NCBI GenBank assembly: GCA_020722945.1 | Contig: DYJV01000003.1 | Coordinates: 1,846 to 65,845, forward strand | Source: Candidatus Methylomirabilis sp. | GTDB taxonomy: Bacteria; DYJV01 | Direction: 5' to 3' | DNA: 64,000 bases | Shown here: positions 20,841 through 30,694 of the stretch, in pieces | How the letters are laid out: each line of letters opens with the position of its first letter | Position numbering within the stretch: position 1 is the stretch's first letter | Notes under the pieces: model-generated | What the model was told of the DNA's origin: nothing | Databases searched by the model: none | The model's input: the letters and a program-made list of their open reading frames with translations, nothing else | Translations under genes and position numbers: made by a program

Positions 20841-22336
20841 AAACATTAATGATACAGGGGACTGGCTCAAGTGTTGGCAAAAGCGTTATTGCAGCTGGGC
20901 TATGTAAAATATTTTCTGACCTTGGGTATAAGGTTACCCCTTTTAAATCTCAAAACATGGCTCTTAACTCCTTTATAACAAAAGATGGTAAAGAGATGGG
21001 ACGGGCACAGGTTGTTCAAGCAGAAGCAGCAGGTATAGAACCTCACTCTGACATGAATCCTATCCTGATCAAGCCAAATAGTGATACCGGTGCACAGATA
21101 ATAATACATGGTAAAGTATATGGGAATATGAGTGCAAAGGATTATCATTCATTTAAAAAAGAGGCCAAAAATTTTGTAATTGAGAGTTTTAATAGGCTGA
21201 AAAAAAATTTTGATATAATGATTATAGAGGGTGCAGGTAGCCCTGCAGAGATCAATCTTATGGATAATGATATTGTAAATATGGGAATGGCTGAAATTGC
21301 AGATGCACCTGTAATCCTTGCAGGTGATATTGACAAAGGGGGAGTTTTTGCATCTCTTGTAGGGACAATAGAGTTACTGCCAGATATCCACAAAAATAGA
21401 GTAAAAGCTTTTCTAATAAATAAATTCAGGGGTGATAAAACTCTTTTACAACCCGGTCTTGACTCAATAACATCAAGGACAAATATCCCTTTTATCGGAG
21501 TTATCCCATATATGAAGGATCTTTATATCCAAGAGGAGGATGGTGTTGTTGTTGAAAACTATCTAAAAAATGAGATAAATTTAAAAAGTATAAAGGTTGC
21601 AATTCTGAAACTCCCTCATATATCAAACTTTACAGATTTTGATGCTTTCAGCAAAGAACCTGATGTTTCAACAAAATATATTGAAATAGGTGACTCACTT
21701 GAACAATTTGACATACTTATAATTCCGGGGAGTAAAAATACAATAGAGGATCTCAGCCTGTTCAGGAGTAAAAATTTTATACCCGTGATAGAAGAGTTTG
21801 TTAGTCATGGGAAAACATTAATTGGAGTGTGTGGAGGCTTTCAAATGCTGGGTCTTAAAATATTTGATCCATATCATGTTGAAAGCAATTTAGATAATAT
21901 TAATGGACTTGGATTCCTCAAATTCACTACAACTATGGAGAGAGAGAAAACTACAAAACAGGTCAAAGTTCGAACCAACAATCTAAATAATTACTTTGCT
22001 GTTGAAGATATTTTGGAAGGTTATGAGATACATATGGGTAAAAATGATTGTTTTGAAAAAAATTTTATTTTTAAAAATATTGATGATAATTCAGAAGATG
22101 GATTATTTAGTGAAAATGGAAATATCTGGGGGACATATATACATGGAATATTTGATAATGACTCTTTCAGAAGGAAGATAATAAACTCTGTAAGGGTGAG
22201 AAAAGGTCTAAAAACTCTTCAGAAAGATGAAGCATTAAAGTATGCTTCTATGAAAAAAAGTGGGTTTGAAAAACTTGCATTATGTATAAAAGAGAATATT
22301 GATATTAAAATGCTTAACAATATCATATTTAAATAA
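20837..22336 (+). CDS. cobQ: Cobyric acid synthase
   Basis: IQGTGSSVGKS, PFKSQNMALNS, EGAGSPAEIN, GVCGGFQMLG, GTYIHGIFD. GTG start overlaps the upstream stop. Confidence 0.95.
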   Translation: MKTLMIQGTGSSVGKSVIAAGLCKIFSDLGYKVTPFKSQNMALNSFITKDGKEMGRAQVVQAEAAGIEPHSDMNPILIKPNSDTGAQIIIHGKVYGNMSAKDYHSFKKEAKNFVIESFNRLKKNFDIMIIEGAGSPAEINLMDNDIVNMGMAEIADAPVILAGDIDKGGVFASLVGTIELLPDIHKNRVKAFLINKFRGDKTLLQPGLDSITSRTNIPFIGVIPYMKDLYIQEEDGVVVENYLKNEINLKSIKVAILKLPHISNFTDFDAFSKEPDVSTKYIEIGDSLEQFDILIIPGSKNTIEDLSLFRSKNFIPVIEEFVSHGKTLIGVCGGFQMLGLKIFDPYHVESNLDNINGLGFLKFTTTMEREKTTKQVKVRTNNLNNYFAVEDILEGYEIHMGKNDCFEKNFIFKNIDDNSEDGLFSENGNIWGTYIHGIFDNDSFRRKIINSVRVRKGLKTLQKDEALKYASMKKSGFEKLALCIKENIDIKMLNNIIFK

Positions 22337-22340
22337 AGTA

Positions 22341-22355
22341 AGGGGGGTTACCCCT
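22341..22355. terminator. Short hairpin between convergent cobQ and nitroreductase genes
   Basis: AGGGG-ggtta-CCCCT; weak 5-bp stem. Confidence 0.35.
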
Positions 22356-22361
22356 CACCTT

Positions 22362-22919
22362 TTAAAATTTTTTTACACCATAACTATCTTTATAGATGAA
22401 TTCAGAGATATCTTTTCTTGGTGGACATTTTGAATCAGCCGCTGGATAACCAATAGGTGTCATCGCAACAACAGCAATATTTTCAGGAAGATTAAGTATT
22501 TTCCCAGCTTGTTCAGCATCAAACAGACCTAATATAACTGTCCCCAGCCCCATACTATGTGCAGCAAGGCATAAAGTCTGCATAGCTATTCCAGCATCAT
22601 ACATATACCAATTGTCTCCCTTATTGGTCATAGGTTCACCCTTTTTAAAACCTGATTTACCTTTAATCCCAAGCTCAACTATCATAATAGGTGCCTCAGA
22701 ACATGCCTTTCTTGCAGGATTACCTTCAGGCATACTATTTATAAGCTTATCTTTTATATGTTTGTCTGTAACAAGAACAAATTCCCATACTTGAGTATTT
22801 GCCCATGATGGAGACATTTTTACAAGGTTAAATAGCTCTTTAAGGGTCTGTTCGGAAACTAAATCACTTTTATAACTCCTTATACTTCTTCTTGATAAAA
22901 TAGCTTCTTTCAAATCCAT
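22362..22919 (-). CDS. Nitroreductase family protein
   Basis: RRSIRSY, SPSWANTQVWEF, LAAHSMGLGT, PIGYP. Confidence 0.92.
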   Translation of the reverse strand: MDLKEAILSRRSIRSYKSDLVSEQTLKELFNLVKMSPSWANTQVWEFVLVTDKHIKDKLINSMPEGNPARKACSEAPIMIVELGIKGKSGFKKGEPMTNKGDNWYMYDAGIAMQTLCLAAHSMGLGTVILGLFDAEQAGKILNLPENIAVVAMTPIGYPAADSKCPPRKDISEFIYKDSYGVKKF

Positions 22920-22947
22920 ACTTGATCCTCCTCAAAAATTATAAATA

Positions 22948-24849
22948 TTAATTTTTATTTGATTTTTTACTATCAACTTCTTTATCCATGTAGATAGATT
23001 TGAAAAGCCATTCGTAATAATTATCCCTAAACTCTCTATAAGAGTCAAGTATTGTAACTATGTTGTTGGAAATTTTATTTTCAGATATTTTGAAAAAGTT
23101 CTTTTGATCAACTTTTTGCCTATTAATCTTGATATATTCAGAGATATATTCTACTGTCTTCATAAAAGGATTTATAGAATCAGAGAAAATCAATCTTGAA
23201 AATCTTGCAGGGTGAGTCCATTTGAAAAATTCTGCAGTATATTCGTTGCAGAAAGGTTTTATGAATGGTCTCATATAGTTTTCATAAAAATATTTATTTG
23301 CTTTGGATATAAAATTAACATACTCAAAATCCTCTTTATCGTAATCTAACTTTATATCTTCAAGATTTTTCTCTATAAATTCAACTTCAAATTGAGCTTC
23401 TGAAATGTTTTTATTGAATGTTTCACTCTTTATCTTCATTTCATACAAGCCAGGGGCAAGGTTTCTTATATTTTCGATATTTTCAATTATAGCTCTATGC
23501 TCTCTATTTGCCACCTTACCTGAAACAAAGATTCCGAGATGTCCTATATCAGGATGTATAAGATAAATTATTCTCTGCCCATTATTTTTAAGGTCTTCAG
23601 TAGTCTTATAAACTTCACTTATCCACTGTAAACCCTGCTCTGGAGGCGATATATTGTCACCCTCTGATGCAAATATCACAAAAGGTTCTTTTATTTTTCT
23701 CAAATCTATCTTTTCACCAAGTGGTGAAAGCATCTCACCCTTTTCAAGCTTGTTGCCAATAAAGAGATTATTTACGATAGCAACAATTTCACTCTCAGTA
23801 AAGAAATAGAATCCTGTCCACCATTTTTCAAATTCGAGGTAACGAGAATCCTCTTTATCAACATTATGAAAAACATTAAACTCTTTCTTCCAAAATGTAT
23901 TTGCAGGATTTAACATTTCAAAATTATAAACAAGCCATGCTCCATCAAATATGCCATTACTTAAATCTGAAATAAGCATTGAGAGCCATACTCCACCTGT
24001 CAATCCACCTGTAACTCTCATCGGATTGATTTTATCCCTACCAGCCCAGTAAGATAAAGGAGTCCCATTGATAACAAGAGGACCCGTAAGATCAGGTCTC
24101 GTTGCAGCAATCATTGAAACGATCCAGCCTGCCTGACAATTTGCATAAATAACTGGTGGATTATCAGGGTGTAAATCGTGCATTATATCAATGAATGTAA
24201 GGAGAGCCAATCCAACATCATCAAGAGTCTGACCGGGACAAGGCTCTGGAAAGAAACCTACTAAATAACATTGATGCCCCTCTTGCATTGCTATACCAGC
24301 TTCTGAATCTTTCTTAAAAGCACCAATCCCAGGTCCATGCCCTGCTCTTGGATCAAATATCATAATAGGTCTTTTATTAGGGTCTATTTCAACACCCTTG
24401 TCAGGAAGAATTTTGTAGAGGATAAAATTTGCTGGTCTTTCAAATCCTCTTGCATCCATAATCTCTTCATATTTGAAGTTAACAAGTGGTGGCATACCTT
24501 TTTGGTAATGATCAAGCATTATATTACCACGCTTTCTTAGAACATCAATAAAGAGAATGTATCTCTGACAATAATCAACAAAATAGTTAATAAACTCAAT
24601 ATAGTTATCAAAAATATCTTTAAATGAATCTGTAGAAATTTTGACATAATAATCTCTTAAAATTTTATCATTAAGAGGATTTTTGTCAATCTTATCAAGT
24701 AATAGTGCAACATCAGAAGGATTTTTGTAATCAATCTTTAGTTGTTTAAAAAGATCCTCAAAAAAATTGAGAAATTTCTTGTTGTTCGGTGAAAATAACT
24801 TATCTCCTATCTGAAACGGATTTAACTTGATAATTTCATTATTCAGCAT
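22948..24849 (-). CDS. DUF3141 family PHA-synthase-like alpha/beta hydrolase
   Basis: DPRAGHGPGIG, NCQAGW (Cys lipase box), PLSYWAG, SEGDNISPP (Asp), GHLGIFVS (His). Confidence 0.85.
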   Translation of the reverse strand: MLNNEIIKLNPFQIGDKLFSPNNKKFLNFFEDLFKQLKIDYKNPSDVALLLDKIDKNPLNDKILRDYYVKISTDSFKDIFDNYIEFINYFVDYCQRYILFIDVLRKRGNIMLDHYQKGMPPLVNFKYEEIMDARGFERPANFILYKILPDKGVEIDPNKRPIMIFDPRAGHGPGIGAFKKDSEAGIAMQEGHQCYLVGFFPEPCPGQTLDDVGLALLTFIDIMHDLHPDNPPVIYANCQAGWIVSMIAATRPDLTGPLVINGTPLSYWAGRDKINPMRVTGGLTGGVWLSMLISDLSNGIFDGAWLVYNFEMLNPANTFWKKEFNVFHNVDKEDSRYLEFEKWWTGFYFFTESEIVAIVNNLFIGNKLEKGEMLSPLGEKIDLRKIKEPFVIFASEGDNISPPEQGLQWISEVYKTTEDLKNNGQRIIYLIHPDIGHLGIFVSGKVANREHRAIIENIENIRNLAPGLYEMKIKSETFNKNISEAQFEVEFIEKNLEDIKLDYDKEDFEYVNFISKANKYFYENYMRPFIKPFCNEYTAEFFKWTHPARFSRLIFSDSINPFMKTVEYISEYIKINRQKVDQKNFFKISENKISNNIVTILDSYREFRDNYYEWLFKSIYMDKEVDSKKSNKN

Positions 24850-24858
24850 GTAACCCTC

Positions 24859-25149
24859 TTATTTTTTATTTGTTGTTTTGTCATCTAAAGAAACACTCTT
24901 CTGATATACAGAATCAATATACTCCAAACCTTTTAATACCATATTTTTGTAATCACTCAGAGCCATTTCAGAATTTTTTATCCACTCTTTGTAAACCTTT
25001 AATAAATTTTCTCTATATACTTCAGGCTGTTTCTGAATAAATATCTCTACAAATTTTAACTGCTGTTTGTTTATTAGGTTGAAGTTGTCCATGGATAAAG
25101 AGTAGAATAGTTTTATATTTTTAAAAAAGTTTTCATCATAGTTCATCAT
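24859..25149 (-). CDS. Putative phasin-like protein, paralog 4
   Basis: 96 aa amphipathic helical protein sharing DNFNLIN.Q...EW..NSE.AL.DY.NMV.KGL.YI with its neighbours. SD AGGAGG. Lies in the pha cluster. Confidence 0.6.
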   Translation of the reverse strand: MMNYDENFFKNIKLFYSLSMDNFNLINKQQLKFVEIFIQKQPEVYRENLLKVYKEWIKNSEMALSDYKNMVLKGLEYIDSVYQKSVSLDDKTTNKK

Positions 25150-25232
25150 AAACCTCCTAATATCTTAATAAAGGATATAAAGTAGAAATTTTATACCCAC
25201 ATATTCAATTAAAAATATCTGTTAGTCGTTCA

Positions 25233-25505
25233 CTACCTGTTAACATCAGAAATTGCTTTCTGGTATACAAAATCAATATACTCCAAACCTTTTATTACCA
25301 TATTTTCATAATCTGTGAGTGCTAACTCAGAATTTTCTATCCACTCTTTGTATATTTTGAGTAATCTCTCCCTATCCTTTTCAGGCTGCTCTTGAATAAA
25401 TAGCTCTACAAATTTTAGCTCTTGTCTATTTATGAGATTGAAGTTATCCATAGAAAGAGCATAAAATGACTTTCTGTTCATAAAGAAGTTTTTGTCATTG
25501 TTCAT
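25233..25505 (-). CDS. Putative phasin-like protein, paralog 3
   Basis: 90 aa; same motif; SD AAGGAGG. Confidence 0.6.
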   Translation of the reverse strand: MNNDKNFFMNRKSFYALSMDNFNLINRQELKFVELFIQEQPEKDRERLLKIYKEWIENSELALTDYENMVIKGLEYIDFVYQKAISDVNR

Positions 25506-25589
25506 ATTTAACCTCCTTAAATTAGAGTTAATATGATATTCAATAAACTTCTTATAAATAAAAAATTGTCAAATATCAGGTAAAATAGA

Positions 25590-25859
25590 CTATTTTTGTT
25601 TATCTACTGCTTTTTTATAAGAAGTCTCTATGTAGTCCAAACCTTTTAGAACCATATTTTTGTAATCATTAAGTGCTATTTCAGAATTTTTTGTCCACTC
25701 CTGATAAATTTTTAATAAGTTGTCTTTGTAAGCATCAGGCTGAGTCTTTATAAAAAATTCGACCATCTGCTCCTGCTGCTTATTTATAAGATTAAAATTG
25801 TCGAGTGTAAGGTTGTAGTAATTCTTGATATTGTTAAAAAAATTGTCGTTGATCTCCAT
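25590..25859 (-). CDS. Putative phasin-like protein, paralog 2
   Basis: 89 aa; same motif; SD AAGGAG. Confidence 0.6.
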   Translation of the reverse strand: MEINDNFFNNIKNYYNLTLDNFNLINKQQEQMVEFFIKTQPDAYKDNLLKIYQEWTKNSEIALNDYKNMVLKGLDYIETSYKKAVDKQK

Positions 25860-25876
25860 ACTCGTCTCCTTATTTA

Positions 25877-26137
25877 TTAAACTTTCATGTTTTTTGTAAA
25901 TACTTCATTAAGATTGTCTAAACCTTTTAGAACAACATCTTTAAACATATCCAAACCCTTTTCAGTAGAAGTTACCCATTCGTTGTAAACTGACATCATA
26001 TAATCTGAATTTGGGACTTTACTGTTCTTAAGCATCATTTCAAAAATATTTTTCTGCTGCTCTGTAAGCATTTTAAAATTTTCAAAAGCCAACTCATAAA
26101 CATTTTTTAAATTAACAAACATATTCTCTGTTCCCAT
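25877..26137 (-). CDS. Putative phasin-like protein, paralog 1 (most divergent)
   Basis: 86 aa; ENFKML.EQQ...YNEW...VVLKGLD aligns with the other three; SD AGGAGG; directly follows phaC. Confidence 0.58.
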   Translation of the reverse strand: MGTENMFVNLKNVYELAFENFKMLTEQQKNIFEMMLKNSKVPNSDYMMSVYNEWVTSTEKGLDMFKDVVLKGLDNLNEVFTKNMKV

Positions 26138-26155
26138 GTTAAAACCTCCTATTTT

Positions 26156-27208
26156 TTATTTTAAAGAATGCTCAAATATCCATTTCCCCACAGATGGTGC
26201 TAACTCTTTCTGAGATTTTGAACTTACATATAATCCTATATGCCCACCCTTAAACGATAACATAGTCTTATCTTTTGAAGATACTAAATCGTTTAAAGGT
26301 TTTGTAGATGCAGGTGGGACAAGATGATCTTGCTCTGCATATATTGTAAGTAGTGGCATTGAAATATTTTTTAAATTCACTTTCCTTCCATTTAGAGTAA
26401 ATTCACCCTTTACAAGCTTATTACCCTGATAAAGATCTTTTAAGAACTTTCTATATGCTTCACCTGCTTGTGCAGGACTATCAAATATCCACTTCTCCAT
26501 TCTTAAAAAATTTTTTATATCTTCAACTGAAGTGGTATCCTTGACAAAATTGTAATATTTTTCAAAATTAAGCTGAAAAGGTTTAAGCATCAGATAACCA
26601 ATATTCATAAAATCACCAGAAACATTACCAGAAGAATCAACTAAGGCATCAATATCTATATATTTTGACCATACATTTAGAAGACCATCCTCAACATCAA
26701 AATCAACAGGAGTAACCATAGTAACAAGATTTTTTATCTTTTCAGGATATAAAGCTGAATAGATAACAGAGAACGTCCCACCTTGACAAACACCAAGAAG
26801 GTTGATCGCATCAAGTTTATGCTTATCTCTTAGGTAATCAACGCAATTGTTAATAAACCCATCTATATAGTCTTCCATAGTGAGGTATCTGTCAGCTCTT
26901 TCTGGGTATCCCCAATCTATTATATAGATATCTAATCCTTGGTCAAGAAGTCTCTTTATGAAACTTTTATCAGCTTGAAGATCCATCATATAATATTTGT
27001 TGACAAGGGCATATACAATAAGAAGCGGAGGGTGTGGCTTTTGGGAATCTTTGTTCTGGTCGTAATGATAAAGTTTGACATTACCAAATTCAAGTTCTGT
27101 GCTTTTTGGAGTAGGCTGAACATCTATTGTATCAATATTTTTCATATCATTCATAAGATTAAATAATTTATAGTTGATATCAAGAATATCATTAGTAAAA
27201 TTAATCAC
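26156..27208 (-). CDS. phaC: Class III poly(R)-hydroxyalkanoate synthase subunit PhaC
   Basis: PLLIVYALVN.YYMMDLQ, IDWGYP, LGVCQGG, FLRMEKWIFDSPAQAGE, QDHLVPP, GGHIG; 350 aa. Confidence 0.95.
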   Translation of the reverse strand: MINFTNDILDINYKLFNLMNDMKNIDTIDVQPTPKSTELEFGNVKLYHYDQNKDSQKPHPPLLIVYALVNKYYMMDLQADKSFIKRLLDQGLDIYIIDWGYPERADRYLTMEDYIDGFINNCVDYLRDKHKLDAINLLGVCQGGTFSVIYSALYPEKIKNLVTMVTPVDFDVEDGLLNVWSKYIDIDALVDSSGNVSGDFMNIGYLMLKPFQLNFEKYYNFVKDTTSVEDIKNFLRMEKWIFDSPAQAGEAYRKFLKDLYQGNKLVKGEFTLNGRKVNLKNISMPLLTIYAEQDHLVPPASTKPLNDLVSSKDKTMLSFKGGHIGLYVSSKSQKELAPSVGKWIFEHSLK

Positions 27209-27211
27209 TGA

Positions 27212-28183
27212 TTACTCCTCCATTTTTGTTTTCTTTACAGATTTTGCTTTTGCATCTGTAGGGACTTCACCTTTTAAAGTTTTTATAATATCTTTTAGTT
27301 CTTTAATCTCTTTTCTTATCTCCTGATTATCTTGTTTAACAATGTAAAGCTCTTTGTAAGCTCTGTCAAGTTCTGTTTTGGTAGCAATATTGGAATCCTT
27401 TAGGACTTCGTAGGTGTATCTATCAAGGGATAATTTTAGTTTGGAGCCTGCTTTTACAAGCTCTCCAAGTGTAGAGCCAAAATCTTTACTTTTAAAAAAA
27501 CTATGAAAAACAGATTCATTTTTGTTTACCCATTTTTTAAAAAATTCATCAAAATTTTCTATATTAGGATGTTTGATAATTTCATTAATAAAATCTTGGA
27601 ACCCTTTTTCAGATTCTTTGTTTATGATTGCTTTAAACTTCTCAACATTCCCCATATAAGCTTTAAAATCTTCAACAATATTTTTTATCATATCATTATA
27701 CTCCCTCGTCAAACCTATTGAAGGGAGCTTCAACATATCATCAAAAAATTCAAAATTAACTTTTGAGAAATTATTGAGAACACCAAGATTACTTTCACTA
27801 TTCTCAATAAAAAACTTTAAATTATTATAGATATTCATATCTGAAAAAGGTTTTGTAAAATCATTAAATACTTTTTCAGGAGTCAAATCAGAGAGGTTGA
27901 ATATCTTAAGAACTATATCATTATAATTTTTCTGAAAATTTTTGAATAAATTCTGATAATCAAAAACATCAAGTTTATTTTCTCTTTTAAAAAAAGCATC
28001 ATTGAAGTTTTTATAGAAACTAAATAGGTCTGTGTATACTTGTGTCCCTTTATCTATCTGAAAATAAGGGGTAAACATATCTCTCTGTATTGACGAAAGA
28101 TCAAAGTATTTATAGTTGTTTGGTTTAAAAGAATTTTGCCACATTTCAAAAAACTTTTTCTGCATTTCCGTAAAATTGTCCAT
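27212..28183 (-). CDS. phaE: Class III PHA synthase subunit PhaE
   Basis: LPSIGLTREY, FFKKWVNKNE, NIATKTELDRAYKEL followed by a coiled coil; immediately upstream of phaC. Confidence 0.88.
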   Translation of the reverse strand: MDNFTEMQKKFFEMWQNSFKPNNYKYFDLSSIQRDMFTPYFQIDKGTQVYTDLFSFYKNFNDAFFKRENKLDVFDYQNLFKNFQKNYNDIVLKIFNLSDLTPEKVFNDFTKPFSDMNIYNNLKFFIENSESNLGVLNNFSKVNFEFFDDMLKLPSIGLTREYNDMIKNIVEDFKAYMGNVEKFKAIINKESEKGFQDFINEIIKHPNIENFDEFFKKWVNKNESVFHSFFKSKDFGSTLGELVKAGSKLKLSLDRYTYEVLKDSNIATKTELDRAYKELYIVKQDNQEIRKEIKELKDIIKTLKGEVPTDAKAKSVKKTKMEE

Positions 28184-28266
28184 TGTGAAACCTCCCTTGT
28201 TGTAAAAGAAATTTTAATGAGTAAAATAAAGTATTTGAAAAAGGTATAGAATATAAGAATTAATAA

Positions 28267-28295
28267 TTTATAAAGAAATTGTAAATATTTTGCAA
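28267..28295 (-). promoter_or_regulatory. Candidate sigma70 promoter for phaEC
   Basis: TTGCAA-17 bp-TATAAA on the minus strand. Confidence 0.4.
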
Positions 28296-28297
28296 AA

Positions 28298-29059
28298 TCA
28301 TAATCTCAAACCACCATCTACTTCTATAGTTCTGCCATTAACATAGTCATTTTTAATAATAAAAAATAAAGTATCTGATATCTCTTTTTTATCTGCAAAC
28401 CTATCAGCAGGTATTGTCTTTTTGATTTTTAGTTTTATAGTTTCTGGGATAAACTCTGTCATCTCTGTATCAACATACCCTGGAGCAATAGCAACTGACC
28501 GTATCTTGTATGGTGCAAGTTCCTTTGCCCATACAACAGTCATTGCAGCTACACCTGCTTTTGAAGCAGTATAATTACTCTGTCCAAGATTTCCAACTCT
28601 CGATATAGAAGATATTGATACAATTACCCCATGTTTATTGAATTTAACCATTTGAAAAGCAGCTTCTCTCGCACATAAAAATACACCTGTAAGATTGACA
28701 TCTATAACCTTCTTCCACTTCTCAAAAGGCATTCTTACAATATTGCCGTTTTTATCGGTTTTCACCATAAAAGAATCAGCAGTAACCCCACTATTGTTTA
28801 CAGATATATCTACCCCAGAATACTTTTCAGCAACAGACTCATAAAAGTTTATTACATCATATTCAAGGCTTACATCAGCAACATAAGAGTCTACACTTAC
28901 ACCCTCTTTTTCAAAAAAAATTTCAGCATCGTGAAGATTTTTCTTACTTATGTCACATATAGATACTTTTGCACCTGCTTTGGCAAGATCTAATGCAAAT
29001 TGTCGTCCAAGTCCCCTTGCACCCCCTGTAACAATAGCTATTTTATTATTAATATTCAT
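28298..29059 (-). CDS. SDR oxidoreductase, 3-oxoacyl-(ACP/CoA) reductase-like
   Basis: TGGARGLG, NLTGVFLCAREAA, GQSNYTASK, WAKELA, EVDGGLRL. Start placed at ATG 29059 after GGAG. Confidence 0.85.
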   Translation of the reverse strand: MNINNKIAIVTGGARGLGRQFALDLAKAGAKVSICDISKKNLHDAEIFFEKEGVSVDSYVADVSLEYDVINFYESVAEKYSGVDISVNNSGVTADSFMVKTDKNGNIVRMPFEKWKKVIDVNLTGVFLCAREAAFQMVKFNKHGVIVSISSISRVGNLGQSNYTASKAGVAAMTVVWAKELAPYKIRSVAIAPGYVDTEMTEFIPETIKLKIKKTIPADRFADKKEISDTLFFIIKNDYVNGRTIEVDGGLRL

Positions 29060-29231
29060 TACCATTATCTCCAAAAAAAACATCCATTACTATTCTATAA
29101 GTAATAATAACAAGAATAGAAGTCAAGAGATATTTAATAAATTAATTAAAATTAATCACTAATTTTAGAGATAATCAAGTAATTACAAGAAAATATAAAG
29201 AAAAAAATCAGATGATAATTTAGATTGAAAT

Positions 29232-29258
29232 AAAAAAGCGGAGCAAAATGCTCCGCTT
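29232..29258 (-). terminator. Intrinsic terminator after the porin gene
   Basis: AAGCGGAGCA-aaa-TGCTCCGCTT stem with a minus-strand T tract. Confidence 0.88.
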
Positions 29259-29281
29259 AAATAAATCATAATGAGTTGGTA

Positions 29282-30694
29282 TTAGAAATTGTATCTTACC
29301 CTTGCAGTTGATACAAATATATCCTCATCTGCATTGCCATCTTTGTCAGATTCCCAATAATCCATAGCATCTCCTGCGAATAAATAACCTGCATTTATTG
29401 CAAATTCAAGATTATCGTATAGTTTGTATTTTACATAAGCATTGACTTCAAGACCAAGTGCATCATCACTCTGAGACTTGCCATTGTTGTCTTTATACTC
29501 AAGGTCTTCAGCAAGCATCATATATAAAAGACCACCACCAATTGTAGTCTTTTTAGAAGTTTTCCATGCAAATAAAAGTTCATTCATTATGAAACCTTTG
29601 TCTCCAATGTATGGGGTCTCTACAAAATAATCATCATCTGTATAAGGTCCCTCCATCAAGACAACACTATCAAATGTATCAACATCAACTGCCATATATC
29701 CATTGAAATCTGAATCATCAGAATCATCATCACCAGATGCATACCAGAATCTGTAAGTTAATTTCATATCACAGCAGAAATTATAACCTAAATCTAAACG
29801 AGCAAACCATGCATTTAGGTCATAGTTATCATCTGGAGCTGTATTACCAAGGTAATCTTTGTATGAAACTTTATCTACACTTCCACCCTGATAAATAAAA
29901 TCAAATCCTCCAAAAAAATTACCAGATTTGAAATCTCCACCAAGACCTATTGTGAATATGTCAAGCTCTGCAGCTTTCATTAGTTTAGCTTCATACCATT
30001 CACCCTGTTTTGCACTAACTCCAACAAGCTCAGAGCCACCATCGAGGTTTTTAAATAGATAATCAGCCCAAATATTCATTTTGAAATTGTCAGCAGGTTT
30101 GAAATCTACCTTAGCATAGATAGAATCAAGACTTGTAGTATCATCATTCTTTTTCACTGATCTGTATTCATCCCCTCTTGTCCATCCAAAAATAAAATTT
30201 GAACCACTAAGACCACCATAAAGTTGAACACCCATTTGAGTTTCTTCCCAGAAATATTTGTTTAGTTTGAGAGGGAAAAGACCCATTTTAACACCAAGTT
30301 TATCATTCCATGGAAGTTTGAAATCAGTATACAACCATCTTGTTTCGATGTTTACAGCATCACCAGAGAAACCACCACCTGCACTTTTACCAACGCTTCC
30401 ACCTGCACCATACTCAAGAGCTCCCCACTCTGCTGCATATACACCTTTTACTTTGCCATTGTTAGTAGAGAAATCTGCCCAAAGTCTATACTTTGCCTCA
30501 CCCCATAAATTGGTAACACTACCATCTTCAAGAGGTCCACCACCAGAACCATTAAACCACTCATCATGATTGCTGCCCAGCATAAATCTGTTGTTAAAAT
30601 CGCCATGCACTTGCATGTCAGCAGCAGAAACAAGAAGTGGAGTAACAGCCAAAGAAACAACTGCTAATAGAAAAAACAATACTCTTTTCATCAC
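29282..30694 (-). CDS. Outer-membrane beta-barrel porin (deltaproteobacterial-type)
   Basis: Signal peptide (VSA-AD), alternating aromatic beta strands, YASGDDD, C-terminal RYNF, strong SD and its own terminator. Confidence 0.8.
   Translation of the reverse strand: MMKRVLFFLLAVVSLAVTPLLVSAADMQVHGDFNNRFMLGSNHDEWFNGSGGGPLEDGSVTNLWGEAKYRLWADFSTNNGKVKGVYAAEWGALEYGAGGSVGKSAGGGFSGDAVNIETRWLYTDFKLPWNDKLGVKMGLFPLKLNKYFWEETQMGVQLYGGLSGSNFIFGWTRGDEYRSVKKNDDTTSLDSIYAKVDFKPADNFKMNIWADYLFKNLDGGSELVGVSAKQGEWYEAKLMKAAELDIFTIGLGGDFKSGNFFGGFDFIYQGGSVDKVSYKDYLGNTAPDDNYDLNAWFARLDLGYNFCCDMKLTYRFWYASGDDDSDDSDFNGYMAVDVDTFDSVVLMEGPYTDDDYFVETPYIGDKGFIMNELLFAWKTSKKTTIGGGLLYMMLAEDLEYKDNNGKSQSDDALGLEVNAYVKYKLYDNLEFAINAGYLFAGDAMDYWESDKDGNADEDIFVSTARVRYNF

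Larger units (their letters stand above)
24859..26137 (-). repeat. Tandem gene-duplication array (4 copies)
   Basis: DNA-level similarity: aatcaatatactccaaacctttta at ~24912 and ~25271; ccaaaccttttagaaccatatttttgtaatc at ~25637; aaaccttttagaac at ~25921. Confidence 0.85.

Noticed and set aside
24859-26137. Recurring ~25-30-bp DNA repeats resembling a CRISPR array
   Set aside because: The repeats are imperfect, spaced ~300-370 bp apart and lie inside paralogous coding sequences; no cas genes are present.
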